Of a stretch of 64,000 nucleotides of DNA, positions 1 through 11,944 are shown piece after piece; position 1 is the first letter of the stretch; every line of letters begins with the position of its first letter. The stretch covers positions 34,341 to 98,340 of the forward strand of contig CAWCEG010000046.1 of NCBI GenBank assembly GCA_963794505.1, read 5' to 3'. The notes beneath the pieces are model-generated. The model ran no database searches, was not told the origin of the DNA, and was given only the letters and a program-made list of their open reading frames with translations. The translations under genes were made by a program, and so were the position numbers. Source of the stretch: an uncultured Nitrospiraceae bacterium (GTDB taxonomy: Bacteria; Nitrospirota; Nitrospiria; Nitrospirales; Nitrospiraceae).

Positions 1-534
1 AGTTCGCTTTCCATTCTCCCCACATTTCCCGACTGCTTTGGTCCGGGGCATTCAGGAAGGCTTGTCCGGCCTTTCTGTAGTTCGAGCCGTAGCTGAGCGC
101 GCCTGTCATCCCGGTGACGCCAAGCCGCACCATTTGTCTCGAGGCTTCGACCCGGTTATCGCCCGGAATCTTGTGCTCCCACCAGTCGTTTCCTCCGTAC
201 TGTTGGCGACCTCCGATTCAGTCACAAGGCTTCCCTTGAGCCAGCTCATTTTGGCCACAAGTCCCTTGACTCGGGGACCATCTGTCTCAGGGGAGAGATC
301 GCGCAGGCGTGTGGACGTCGGTGGAATTCGCACGAAGGCTCGAGGTGACCGTCGTCTCAATGACCTGTCCGGAGCGTTGAGCATTGGAAAGCAGGGTGGG
401 TGATGCGACGGGCTCCGCCAGGAGAGTCGCCCAGCGCTGCCCGCTTCGTTCGGCTGGTTGCTCGTCGCTGGCCCAGATGAGGGAAGGAAGGTTCAGCGTC
501 AGACACAGCAACAGGATTGTCAGCGAACGCTCAT
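1..534 (-). CDS. Exported hypothetical protein, frameshifted, truncated at window edge
   Basis: Signal-peptide-like start (SLTILLLCLTLNLPSLIWA) in ORF 287..511, continuing through ORF 106..384 and another frame to base 1. Confidence 0.45.
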
Positions 535-674
535 GTCGACCCCTTGAAGAGCCGTGATCACCTAAAAGGTAGCAGTCGAAGATTAGGCTCTAAGTGCCGG
601 AAAACAGATGTGTTTTTGGTGTGAAACGCGTCGGTGCTGACGCGCGTGAAACGATGCGGTGGAGGAACGAGGGA

Positions 675-2045
675 CTACTCGTGCTGAGTCACGGCGGCGA
701 TCGATCGGGAGATATGCTGACCATGCGGGTCAGCTCATCGACGCTGACGGACAACGGTGGCATCAGGACGATGATGTGGCCGAGCGGCCTGAGAAGAAGG
801 CCTCGCCTTCGGGCCTCCTGTGCCACTCGTTGCCCGACTCTGGTTTCGAGCGGGATAGGCTTCTTTTGTCGAACGGTCTTGAATCAGTTCAATTCCGACC
901 ATGAAGCCCTGCTGTCGAATCTCCCCGACATGAGGCAGCCGAAGGAGAGGCATGAGCAGTCGGGACAGCAGGCTGATTTTGGCTCGCAATTTCGCCAGGG
1001 TCTGCTCTTTCCGGAACACTTGCAGATTGGCTAACGCCACGGCGCACCCGAGCGGATTGCCGGTATAACTATGTCCGTGAAAAAATGTTTTGAACTCTTC
1101 ATACTTCCCTAAGAAGGCGCGATAGATGTCCTCCGTCGTCAATGTCGCGGCAAGCGGCAGGTAGCCTCCGGTCAACCCTTTGCTGATCGCCATCAGATCA
1201 GGGGTGACTCCTTCCTGCTGACAGGCAAACATGGCCCCGGTCCGGCCGAATCCCGTAGCGACTTCATCGGCAATCAGCAGCACCTCATATTTCGTGCAGA
1301 GCTCTCTGATGCGTTTCAGGTACCCTGGTGGCTGTGTAATCATGCCTGCTGCCGCCTGCATGAGCGGTTCAATGATGAAGCCCGCCAATTCGCCTCGATG
1401 GTCACGCAACACCTGCTCGACAGGGTCAAGGCAGGCGATCCGGCACTCCGGAAACGTCATCTTGAGCGGGCAGCGGTAGCAGTAAGGGGGGTCGACCGCT
1501 TGGGTCGGGAAGAGTAAAGGTTTGAATCGCGCATGAAACAGTTCGATGTTACCGACGCTGACGGCTCCGACCGTGTCGCCATGGTAGGCCAGCTTTAAGT
1601 GCACAAAACTGTGTTTGGGTTCTGTGTCCGGACGCGTCTGTTTCCAGTACTGCACGGCCATCTTGAGGGCGACCTCGACAGCGGTCGAGCCGTTGTCCGA
1701 GAAAAATACCCGGGTCAGTCCTCGCGGGGCTATACGCACCAACTCGCGTGCCAGGAGGATCGCGGGAGGATTCGAAAGACCGAGCAGGGTGGTGTGGGCA
1801 ATCTTGTTTCGCTGCGCATTGAGAGCACGGTCGAGAACGGGATGCCGATGGCCATGAAGATTGACCCAAATGGAGGAGGTGCCATCCAAATATCTGTTAC
1901 CCTCGGTGTCGAACAGATACGATCCTTTGCCGCGTTCGATAATAACCGGCTCCTCCTGTTCCCATTCCTGCATTTGGGTAAAGGGGTGCCATAGATATTG
2001 CCGGTCCCAAACGCCCAGCGAGGGTGTCTGTTTTTTGCGGGTCAT
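675..2045 (-). CDS. bioA: Adenosylmethionine-8-amino-7-oxononanoate aminotransferase (C-terminal frameshift near 850)
   Basis: LWHPFTQM, GSTAVEVALKMA, YHGDT, DEVATGFGRTG, SKGLTGG (PLP Lys), HGHSYTGNP; conserved LRPLGHIIVLMPPL C-terminus lies in a shifted frame. Confidence 0.93.
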
Positions 2046-2116
2046 GCGAGTCGCTCGGAGGAAACAGTTCAGAGGGTGATGTCGGAAAATCTAGAGCTAG
2101 TGCGGGCGCGGCGCGG

Positions 2117-2145
2117 ATTATACGAGGGGCTCTTTACTTTGACAA
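2117..2145 (-). promoter_or_regulatory. sigma70 promoter for bioA
   Basis: Minus strand TTGTCA-N17-TATAAT. Confidence 0.65.
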
Positions 2146-2167
2146 CCCGGGGGGCAGTTACTATAAT
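2139..2167 (+). promoter_or_regulatory. sigma70 promoter for the lepA operon
   Basis: Perfect TTGACA-N17-TATAAT ending 33 nt before the lepA start. Confidence 0.8.
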
Positions 2168-2200
2168 GAACCGATTTTATTGAAGAAATGAGCTACAGAT

Positions 2201-4001
2201 TTGCAAAGCCTCATACGCAATTTCTCGATTATTGCCCATATCGATCACGGTAAATCAACCCTCGCTGACCGGTTCCTCGAAGCCACAGGCGCTGTCACGG
2301 CCCGAGAGGCCAAAGATCAGATCCTCGACGCGATGGATCTGGAGCGTGAGCGGGGGATTACCATCAAGGCGCACGCCGTGGCGATCCGCTACAAGGCCAA
2401 AGACGGGAACACCTATGCCTTGCACCTGATCGACACGCCCGGCCACGTCGATTTCACCTATGAAGTCTCCAGAAGCCTGGCGGCCTGCGAGGGGTCGCTG
2501 CTTCTCGTCGATGCGACACAGGGTGTCCAGGCCCAGACGATCGCCAACGTCAATCTGGCGATGGCCAACAACCATGTCATCATCCCGGTCATCAATAAAA
2601 TCGATCTGGCCAGTGCGGACGTGGAGAACACCAAGCATTCGATCTCCGAAGTGCTGATGCTGGATGCCAGCCACGCCATACCGATCAGTGCAAAAGAGGG
2701 CCGTGGGGTTCCCGAGGTGCTCGAGGCCATCATCGAGCGGATTCCTCCGCCCTCAGGTGATCCGCAGGCACCGTTGAAGGCGTTGATTTTCGATTCCTGG
2801 TTCGACAACTACCAGGGCGTGATCGTGTTGACCCGCGTTGTGGACGGTGCCGTGCGTCCGGGCATGAAAATCAAAGTCATGTCGAACGGCCGGACCTTCG
2901 AAGTCATGGAAGTGGGCCACTTCACGCCAAAGCGGATCAAGAAAGCGGAACTGCTGACGGGGGAAGTCGGCTATCTCTGCGCGAACATGAAGGAGGTGGC
3001 CGATGTGAAAATCGGCGACACCATCACTGACGCCGTTCAGTCGACTGCCGAGCCGTTCCCCGGCTACAAGGAAGTAAAGCCCCTGGTCTTCTGCGGCCTG
3101 TATTCCACTGATACCGCGAAATACGAGGATTTGCGCGACGCGCTCGTCAAGTTGCGGCTCAACGATTCGTCGTTTGTCTATGAGCCGGAAACCTCGCTGG
3201 CCCTCGGGTTCGGGTTCCGCTGCGGCTTCCTCGGGTCTCTTACACATGGAAATCATCCAGGAGCGCCTTGAACGGGAGTACGCCCTGACCTTGATCACGA
3301 CCGCGCCCACCGTCGTGTACCGCGTGACGACCACCAAGGGTGAGGTCCTGGAAATAGACAATCCGGCCGAGCTGCCGCCTCCCAGCAGTATCGAGCGGTT
3401 TGAAGAACCGTTCATTCTCGCGACGGTGATCACGCCGGAACGCTACATGGGAGCCATTCTTCAGCTGTGTCAGGAGCGGCGGGGGACTCAACGCAGCATC
3501 CACTTTCTCGATCCCACTCGCGTCCTGATCAGCTACGAAATGCCCTTGAATGAAGTGATTTTGGATTTCTACGACAAGCTGAAGTCGCGCACGCAAGGCT
3601 ATGCGTCACTGGACTATGAGTTGCTCGGGTATCGGGAATCGGATCTCGTCAAGCTCGACATTTTATTGAATGGAGAAGCGGTGGACGCCCTGTCTTTTAT
3701 TACGCACAGAGAGCGCTCCTATGCGCGGGGACGTCAGCTGGCCGAGAAGATGAAAGAGCTGATCCCGCGGCAAATGTTCGAGATCGCGATTCAAGCGGCG
3801 ATCGGCAACAAGGTCATCGCACGCGAGACGATCGGCGCGATGAAGAAAAACGTCACGGCAAAGTGTTATGGCGGTGACATTACGCGCAAGCGCAAACTGC
3901 TCGAAAAACAAAAAGAAGGAAAGAAACGGATGAAAGCCGTCGGCAGCGTTGAAGTTCCGCAGGAGGCCTTCCTCGCGATCTTGAAAGTCGGTGAAGAATG
4001 A
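2201..4001 (+). CDS. lepA: Translation elongation factor 4 (frameshift near 3236)
   Basis: [68 protein letters not shown]; ORFs 2201..3271 and 3174..4001. Confidence 0.97.
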
Positions 4002-4755
4002 GTGTCGATCCGAATCTCCCCAGCTCGGACGAGCTCGCGTCCCGCGCATCCGGAGGCCACGACAGGAGCAGACGTGTCGACCAGCGTGCAGCCGGCCCGG
4101 AAGTCCGTCTTCCGTGAATACGCCGAAGCCATCATCGTAGCGATGCTGCTGGCCTTTGCGATCCGAGTCTTCGTCGTCCAGGCATTCAAGATTCCCTCCG
4201 GTTCGATGATTCCCACTCTCTTGATCGGCGATCATATCCTCGTCAGCAAGCTGGCCTACGGCATCCAATGGCCGAGCGACTGCAAGTTCCAAGTGGCCTT
4301 CCCTCCGGTGAATTGTTACGCCTCCCATGCGCTCATCGAGTTCGGGAAACCGCAGCGGGGTGACATCATCGTGTTCCGGTTTCCGGAAGATGAGGAAAAG
4401 GATTTCATCAAACGCATTGTCGGCACTCCTGGAGATACGGTTCAGCTGAAGAACAAAGTGGTGGTGGTCAACGGGACGCCGCTGGACGACAAGGCGTTTA
4501 CGCAGCGCATCGATTCGGGGATGATCGACGGCACGATCAATCCACGCGATAACTTCGGCCCCGTGACGGTGCCAGCCGGGTTCCTATTTCGTCATGGGCG
4601 ACAACCGTGATCAAAGTCTGGACAGCCGGTTTTGGGGATTCGTGCGCGAGGAAAAAATTAGGGGGAAGGCCTTCCGCATTTACTGGTCGTGGAGCGGCCA
4701 AGGACAATGGCAGGAGTGGGTAAGATGGGGGCGGTTCGGGAAGGCGATTCAGTAA
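3998..4755 (+). CDS. lepB: Signal peptidase I (frameshifts near 4020 and 4580)
   Basis: [10 protein letters not shown] (catalytic Ser), FIKRIVG (Lys), [18 protein letters not shown] in a shifted frame; follows lepA. Confidence 0.93.
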
Positions 4756-5790
4756 ACAAGCCGGCGCGGGACTCGACCGGGGCAGCGGGATCTTCAGTCC
4801 GCTCTGAAAAGCCTTCGGCCAACAGTCTTCGTCGCCATATCCAACGATTCCCACAAGCTTCAATCCTCGTCATCGGCGATCTCATCCTTGACCATTACAT
4901 CTGGGGACGCGTGAGCCGGATTTCCCCGGAGGCGCCGGTGCCCGTCGTTCACGTCGAATCGGAATCCATGCGGCTCGGCGGCGCCGCCAACGTTTTCAAC
5001 AATATTCTGGCATTGGGTGGGCAAGCCGACATCTGCGGCATCATCGGCTCGGATGAAGCAGGACGCCTGCTGTTGAAGGAATTGGGTACGAAGCGCTCCG
5101 GGCATAGAGGCGTCGTCGTCGATGCGAACCGGCCCACGATTAAAAAGTCCAGGGTGATCGCCCACAATCAGCAAGTCGTTCGCTATGACGTCGAGCGCAA
5201 AGGCGGAGCTCAAGCCGCAATTGCAAAAAAAGATGTTGCGGTATGTCGAATCGTGTCTGCGCGAAGTGACCTGTCTGGTGGTATCCGACTATGCGAAAGG
5301 GGTCGTGACGGCAGGACTGATGTCGGACCTCGTTCGGCTCGCGGCGCTGCGAAAGGTCCCTGTCATTGTCGATCCGAAAGTCGAGCATTTCGGCTTCTAT
5401 AAAGGGGTGACGGTGATCACGCCCAATCATCTGGAAGCCACGCAGGCCGCCGGACTCCATGGTGACGGCGATCAAACGATCCAGGAGGCCGGCGAAACGA
5501 TTCGCCAGCGCTTGGGATGCCAGGCGGTGCTGGTGACGCGCGGTGAAAAGGGCATGAGTCTGTTCGAAGGCAACAAGGATTCATGGCATATCCCCACGCA
5601 GGCGCGCCAGGTATACGATGTGACGGGCGCCGGCGATACGGTCGTGGGGACCCTGGCGTTGGCATTGTCAATCGGCGCTTCAATGCGAGAGGCCGCAATG
5701 TTGGCCAATCATGCCGCAGGCATCGTGGTCGGAATGGTTGGAACTGCGACGGTGTCGATGAAGCAGCTGTCGGAGGCGCTTGGTGAGTAA
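4689..5790 (+). CDS. rfaE1: D-glycero-beta-D-manno-heptose-7-phosphate kinase (RfaE domain I, PfkB family); frameshift near 5203; start uncertain
   Basis: [31 protein letters not shown]. Confidence 0.88.
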
Positions 5791-6568
5791 GCCGAAACCC
5801 GACGTGACCGTGGTGATTCCTGCCCGGTACGGTTCGTCCCGGTTTCCTGGAAAACCGATCGCCATGCTCGGCCGAAAGCCGATCATCCAACATGTCTATG
5901 AACAAGCGGCGGCGTGCCGTGTGGTCTCTGAAGTCGTCGTTGCCACCGACGACCGGCGGATTCAAGAGACAGTCGTGCAATTCGGTGGGCAGGCGGTGTT
6001 AACCACGGGTGATTTTCGGAGCGGCACGGATCGTGTCGCCGCAGTGGCACGGCTGCGCACTGGTCAGTTTATCCTGAATCTGCAAGGCGATGAAATTCCG
6101 GTCGATCCTGACCTCCTGACGGATTTGATCGAACCATTCGTCGAGTCCGGCGCCGAGATGGGAACGCTGAAGCGCGCGCTCCACACAGCTGAAGACCTGC
6201 AGAACCCCGCCGTGGTCAAGGTGGTGACCGACCGGCATGGCCGCGCCTTGTATTTCTCACGTGCTCCGATTCCCTTGGTTCGCGACGATCCGTCCCGGCA
6301 GGCCGTGAAGGGGTTGCACTATATCCACCTGGGGGTCTACATCTATACGCGGGAGACGCTGCTCAGGTTGACGGCCTTGCCGACGCGGATGCTGGAAGAG
6401 TCTGAAAAATTGGAGCAATTGCGTGCTCTGGATCATGGCATTGCGATTCATGTCTGGGAAACCGGGCATGAGTCCTTGCGCATCGATACACCGGCCGACG
6501 CCGCCAGCGCCGGCGAAACCTTGCGGCGGCTGACGCTAAACAAGCTTGAAACGTTGAACCAGTTATGA
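5780..6568 (+). CDS. kdsB: 3-deoxy-manno-octulosonate cytidylyltransferase
   Basis: IPARYGSSRFPGKP, SGTDR, NLQGDE, ALYFSRAPIP, EKLEQLRAL. Confidence 0.95.
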   Translation: MVSKPKPDVTVVIPARYGSSRFPGKPIAMLGRKPIIQHVYEQAAACRVVSEVVVATDDRRIQETVVQFGGQAVLTTGDFRSGTDRVAAVARLRTGQFILNLQGDEIPVDPDLLTDLIEPFVESGAEMGTLKRALHTAEDLQNPAVVKVVTDRHGRALYFSRAPIPLVRDDPSRQAVKGLHYIHLGVYIYTRETLLRLTALPTRMLEESEKLEQLRALDHGIAIHVWETGHESLRIDTPADAASAGETLRRLTLNKLETLNQL

Positions 6569-6612
6569 CTGAATGCGGATTACGGTTCACTCGATCGCCA
6601 GGGATGGAGACC

Positions 6613-8221
6613 ATGATGGGCAAATACATTTTCGTCACCGGCGGGGTCGTGTCATCTCTCGGGCAAGGGACTGGCCTCGGCGTCGATCGGCAATCTACTG
6701 GAAAGCCGCGGCCTCAAGATCACCTTTCTTAAACTCGATCCCGTATATCAACGTCGATCCCGGCACGATGAATCCGTACCAGCACGGCGAGGTGTATGTC
6801 ACCGACGACGGCGCGGAGACAGACTTGGATCTTGGTCATTACGAACGGTACACCTCGCTGACGTTGACGAAAGAAAACAACTACACGACCGGCCGTATCT
6901 ACAATTCCGTCATCACCAAGGAGCGGCGTGGCGACTATCTCGGCGGGACCGTCCAAGTTGTGCCGCACATTACCGACGAGATCAAGCAGTGCATCATGCG
7001 GATCTCCCAAGGGATGGACGTGACGATCGTCGAAATCGGCGGGACGGTCGGCGACATCGAAAGTCTGCCGTTTCTCGAAGCGATTCGCCAGATGCCCTAC
7101 GATGTCGGCCGTGAAAACGTCCTGTACGTCCATCTGACGCTGGTCCCGTACATCGGGGCGGCGGGCGAGTTGAAAACCAAGCCGACCCAGCATTCGGTGA
7201 ACAAGTTGCGGGAAATCGGTATCCAGCCGAATATTTTGCTGTGCCGCACGGACCGGTACATCCCGCCGGAGATGAAGGCAAAGATCGCGATGTTCTGCAA
7301 CGTCGAGAAAGACGCCGTCATCACCGCAAAGGACGTCGAAACCATATACGAAGTGCCGATCGTGTTCCGCAAGGAAGGCTTGGATGAACTTATCGTCCGG
7401 CAGCTCAAGTTGCAAACCGGACCGCCGAACCTGCGCGAATGGGATGCGATGGTACAGAAGATCAAGCATCCCAAGCATGAAATTGCCGTGCGCTCTGGTG
7501 GGCAAGTACGCCGGCCTTAAGGAATGTTACAAGAGCTTGGCCGAGGCGCTCGTCCACGGGGGGATCGACCATGAGACGCGCGTGAATATCACGTGGATCG
7601 AGTCGGAGGACATCGAACGGCAAGGGACCGAGCGGATTCTCCGAGAGGCAGACGGCATTCTCATTCCCGGCGGCTTCGGCTCGCGCGGAATCGAGGGCAA
7701 AATCACCACGATCCGGTATGCGCGGGAACGCCAGGTTCCGTTTCTGGGCCTGTGTCTCGGCATGCAATGCGCGACCATCGAGTTCGCCCGGCACGTCGCG
7801 GGACTTGGCCGGCGCCAACAGCGCCGAGTTCGACGAGCGGTCGCCCCATCCAGTCATCCACTTGATGCAGGATCAACAGAGCGTAAGCGACAAGGGCGGC
7901 ACGATGCGGCTGGGGAGCTACCTCTGCCGGCTGGGCGAAGGGACGCTCGCGCACAAAATGTATGGCGTCAACGAAGTCCGTGAACGGCATCGGCACCGCT
8001 TTGAGTTCAACAACTCCTACCGTGAGCAGTTGACGGCAAAAGGATTCGTGCTGAGCGGGCTCTCGCCGGATGGGCGGCTGGTCGAAATCGTCGAGTTGAA
8101 AGATCATCCCTGGTTCCTGGCCACACAGTTTCATCCTGAATATTGTTCGCGTCCGCACCGTCCCCATCCGTTGTTCAGCGGGTTTGTCGGGGCGGCCTTG
8201 CGCAAGAAGCTCGGACATTAG
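6613..8221 (+). CDS. pyrG: CTP synthase (several frameshifts)
   Basis: [68 protein letters not shown]. Confidence 0.96.
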
Positions 8222-8284
8222 AGCGGAGAGGCTGAAACGCTGGTACTTGTCTCGCTTCATTAGACCTGAGTCCCTGGTTAACCC

Positions 8285-9110
8285 ATGGCACATCTCGTTG
8301 ACATCGGCACATTCACCGTCGGTCAGGGGCAGCGTCCTTTTCTGATCGCCGGTCCCTGCGTCATTGAAAGCGAGCAGCTGGTGATCGAAACAGCCGGTCG
8401 CATTGCCGAAATCACCAGAACACTGGGCGTGCCCTATGTGTTCAAGTCGTCGTTCGACAAAGCGAATCGGACTTCTATCACGTCGTTTCGCGGGCCGGGG
8501 CTGGAGCAGGGCCTCGAGGTGCTGGCCAAGGTGAAAAAGCAGATCGGCGTGCCGGTGTTGACCGACGTGCACACGGAGGCGCAGGCGACCCAAGCCGGCC
8601 GCGTGGTCGATGTGCTGCAGATACCGGCGTTTCTCTGCCGGCAGACGGATTTGTTGATTGCCGCCGCCAAGACAGGCAAAGTCGTGAACGTGAAGAAAGG
8701 ACAGTTTTTGTCGCCGCTCGAAATGGCGAACGCGGTGAAAAAGGTCGAGGAGTGCGGAAACAGGCGGATCGTGTTGACTGAGCGCGGGTCGTCGTTCGGC
8801 TATAACAATCTGGTCGTGGACATGCGGGCGTTCCCGATTCTCCGCAGTTTCGGGTATCCGGTGGTGTTTGACGCAACGCACAGCGTGCAGTTGCCGGGCG
8901 GCGGCGGGACACAATCCAGCGGCCAGCGCGAGTTCGTAGAACCGCTGGCCTGCGCGGCGGCCGGCGCCGGGGTCGACGGATTCTTCATGGAAGTGCATCC
9001 GAATCCTGACGAAGCCCTCTCCGATGGCCCGAACATGGTGCCGCTCCATCAACTGAAATCGCTTCTCGAACGGGTGATGCGGATATGCGACGCAGCAAAC
9101 ACAAAATTAA
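8285..9110 (+). CDS. kdsA: 3-deoxy-8-phosphooctulonate (KDO8P) synthase; stop probably obscured by an indel
   Basis: [59 protein letters not shown]. Confidence 0.95.
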
Positions 9111-10114
9111 GCACCAAAGCGCGATCCCGCGCGGACGACAGAGCCGAATGGCGGCAGTCTCGCCGAAGGCCGGCGTGTGCTGCGGATCGAAGCGCGCGCC
9201 GTGCAGGCACTCATCGAGCGACTGGACGAGCAGTTCGACAAGGCCGTCGATCTGCTGTTTCGTTGCAAGGGCAAGGTGGTGGTATCGGGCATGGGGAAGT
9301 CGGGACTGGTCGGACAGAAGATTGCGGCCACGATGGCGAGCACGGGTACACCCGCCTTTTTTCTGCATCCGGCCGAAGGCATCCATGGAGACCTTGGCAT
9401 GGCGGGCCGCGCCGACGTGCTGATCGCCATTTCCAACAGCGGAGAGACGCAGGAGATTTTACAGTTGCTGCCCTACGTCGAGCGGATGGGGATTCCGGTC
9501 GTCTCGATGACGGGGCGCATGAACTCCACCTTAGCAAAGAACAGCGACGTGACCCTCGATGTGTCCGTTGCCGAGGAGGCCTGTCCCATGGGGCTGGCCC
9601 CCACGGCCAGCACTACCGCCACTTTGGCGATGGGGGATGCGCTTGCCGTCGTCCTCTTACAGAAGCGAGGGTTCAAGCAGGAGGATTTTGCGCAATTTCA
9701 TCCCGGCGGCACTCTCGGCAGGCGATTGCTCGTGCGAGTCCGAGACCTCATGCATGGCGGGGCGGACATGCCGGTTGTTGCTGATTCGGTGCCTGCCACG
9801 GCGGCAATTCTAGAAATCACGGCGAAGAAACTGGGGATGACGACCGTGATCGATGCCGGCGGCAAGCTTGTCGGCATCATCACCGACGGGGATTTGAGGC
9901 GATTTATCCAAAAGGGCGGAGATTTTGCCAAAGTCACCGCCGGGGAACTGGCCTCGCGCAATCCGAAGAATTGATCGGCCCCGATGATCTTGCGGCTAAA
10001 GCCGTCGAACGGATGGAGCGGTTCTCCATTACGACCTTGGTGGTCGCCGAAGGGGATAAAAAGATGTTCGGCGTGATTCACCTGCATGATTTGCTGAAGA
10101 ACGGCATCGTGTGA
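9085..10114 (+). CDS. kdsD: Arabinose-5-phosphate isomerase, KpsF/GutQ family (SIS + CBS); frameshifted; start approximate
   Basis: [64 protein letters not shown]. Confidence 0.92.
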
Positions 10115-10239
10115 TCAGAACAATGAAACAGGCGTCCTGCGTCGTTCTCGCATCGCTCAAAGACTCGACGTACCATGAAACGTACGACTCGTCTTTTCGC
10201 TCGCTGCGGCCTGGCGGGGCACCCGTTTGATTGCTCTGA
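10115..10239. repeat. 125-bp palindromic intergenic element (MITE/REP-like), repeat family copy A
   Basis: 20-bp terminal inverted repeats with 16/20 identity (TCAGAACAATGAAACAGGCG vs reverse complement TCAGAGCAATCAAACGGGTG); minus-strand core GGCCGCAG..CGAGTCGTAC..GTACGTCGAG. Confidence 0.65.
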
Positions 10240-10272
10240 GTTAATCTATTCAAGAAGAGAGATACTCAATCC

Positions 10273-10869
10273 ATGAATCGTGTCCTTGAAGCGTGGAAGG
10301 CGGTCGGGCAAGAGTCCTTGAATTTGCCCAATTTCATCACGCTCGTGCGTATCTTGTTGATCCCTGTGTTCGTGATGCTGTTCTTCACCCCCACGCCGGA
10401 CCGTTCGTTGAGCGCGGCGGTCGTCTTCGTCGTGGCTGCGATCACCGATCTTTTGGACGGGTACATCGCCCGTCGCACGGGCCAGGTCACGAAACTCGGC
10501 AAGCTGCTTGACCCTATTGCCGACAAGTTGCTCGTGTTGTCCGCATTGATCTTGCTCGTCAATATCGATCGCGTCAGCGCATTGGTGGCGATCCTCGTTG
10601 TAGCCAGAGAAGTGGCCGTCACCGGAATCCGTGCCATCGCGGCTGGGGAAGGCATGATCATCGTGGCCGAGACGACCGGCAAATACAAGATGGCGTTGCA
10701 GGTCGTCGCTATCACGATGTTGATCCTCGAGGGCACCGTACTTGCGGAACTCGGCAATCTCCATTTAGCCGGCAGCGTGACGCTGTATCTGTCGCTCGTG
10801 CTGGGCTATGTGTCGGGTGGCCTCTATGTCTGGAGTTTCTGGAAGCAAGTGATCGCCAAAGGTCTGTGA
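10273..10869 (+). CDS. pgsA: CDP-diacylglycerol--glycerol-3-phosphate 3-phosphatidyltransferase
   Basis: NLPNFITLVR, TDLLDGYIARR..GKLLDPIADK. Confidence 0.93.
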   Translation: MNRVLEAWKAVGQESLNLPNFITLVRILLIPVFVMLFFTPTPDRSLSAAVVFVVAAITDLLDGYIARRTGQVTKLGKLLDPIADKLLVLSALILLVNIDRVSALVAILVVAREVAVTGIRAIAAGEGMIIVAETTGKYKMALQVVAITMLILEGTVLAELGNLHLAGSVTLYLSLVLGYVSGGLYVWSFWKQVIAKGL

Positions 10870-10883
10870 AGACTCACTGATCG

Positions 10884-11486
10884 ATGCAAGAAGAACCCGT
10901 CTGTATCCTGCTGGCGATGTTTGGCTTCCTCCTGGGTTCCATTCCTTTCGGGATTGTTGTCTCTAAAGCTCTCAATCTTTCTGATCCACGTACCGTTGGC
11001 AGTAAGAACGTGGGATTCACCAATGTCCTGCGGGTGTCCGGCACCAAGGCCGGTCTCCTGACGCTTCTGGGCGACATGGGGAAAGGCTGGTTACTGGGCT
11101 GGGCGGCGATGCAGTGGCTGACGACCGAGTCCTTCATCATGGTGGTGGCCGTTTCGCCCATTCTCGGCCATATTTTCTCGCCATTTCTTGCATTCAAAGG
11201 CGGCAAAGGGGTGGCTACGGCGCTCGGGGCGGTGCTGGGGCTTTCGCCTTCCATCGGCACGCTGCTGCTGCTCATCTGGATCGGAGCGGTTGCAATCTGG
11301 CGATATTCGTCCGGAGGTGCGCTCGCGGCCTTCGGTCTCTTTCCGGTCGTGGCGATTGTCAACGAGCAGCGACAAGAATTTCTGATCTTCGCCATCCTCG
11401 TCAGCGCGCTCGTCTGGGTCAAACACAAGGACAACATCGTGCGCTTGTGGAGAGGGACAGAAGGCAAGATCGGCCAACGAGCGTGA
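10884..11486 (+). CDS. plsY: Glycerol-3-phosphate acyltransferase
   Basis: LLGSIPFG, GSKNVGFTN, GHIF..FKGGKGVAT, HKDNIVRL..GTE. Confidence 0.93.
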   Translation: MQEEPVCILLAMFGFLLGSIPFGIVVSKALNLSDPRTVGSKNVGFTNVLRVSGTKAGLLTLLGDMGKGWLLGWAAMQWLTTESFIMVVAVSPILGHIFSPFLAFKGGKGVATALGAVLGLSPSIGTLLLLIWIGAVAIWRYSSGGALAAFGLFPVVAIVNEQRQEFLIFAILVSALVWVKHKDNIVRLWRGTEGKIGQRA

Positions 11487-11508
11487 ACTCGCCCCCAACC
11501 TCTTCAAA

Positions 11509-11537
11509 TTGACTCTCCTCCCAGCCGTCCATATAAT
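11509..11537 (+). promoter_or_regulatory. sigma70 promoter of the GlmL-like operon
   Basis: TTGACT-N17-TATAAT ending 35 nt before ATG 11573. Confidence 0.72.
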
Positions 11538-11572
11538 GCAGTGACCTCCGTTTCGCTTGTTTTATCAACCCT

Positions 11573-11944
11573 ATGCGCCCCGTGTTCAAGGATCATCTCA
11601 CCAAAAGACTGCGCGACTTGCGGGCGGGTCTCCGACATGCTTTTGCGACGCAATCCGACCGTCAGCCGCTCAGCATGGACGATCTCGCGCTCATGGAGCG
11701 AATCGCCGACGTGCTCGTACGGCGGGGGATGGCGGCCCCGGCAACGGTGTTTTTAGAATCCATGGGGCCCATGAATTTTTTGGGCAGTCAGGCGCTCCAT
11801 TTTCTCACGCCCATCATCGATTGCGCGTTCGATGCCAAGGAAATCGACCAGGTCGCGCGATTACTCGAACGCCGTGAGACGATGTCCCGGCTCATCGCGG
11901 TCATCGAGGCCAGGTCGTCAGTGCAAAGGGCGTCGGCTCGATGA
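11573..11944 (+). CDS. Small helical hypothetical protein, first gene of the GlmL-like operon
   Basis: 123-aa ORF after the promoter; ATGA overlap with the next gene; conserved-looking FLESMGPMNFLGSQ segment. Confidence 0.75.
   Translation: MRPVFKDHLTKRLRDLRAGLRHAFATQSDRQPLSMDDLALMERIADVLVRRGMAAPATVFLESMGPMNFLGSQALHFLTPIIDCAFDAKEIDQVARLLERRETMSRLIAVIEARSSVQRASAR

Noticed and set aside
2201-8221. Pseudogenes or programmed frameshifting in lepA, lepB, rfaE1 and pyrG (also glyQS, ppdK)
   Set aside because: These are conserved housekeeping genes with intact motifs on both sides of each break and no common slippery site; sequencing error is simpler
8285-9784. Apparent 499-aa extended KdsA or KdsA-KdsD fusion
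   Set aside because: The extension is out of frame with KdsD and reads as non-protein-like; an indel near 9100 explains it
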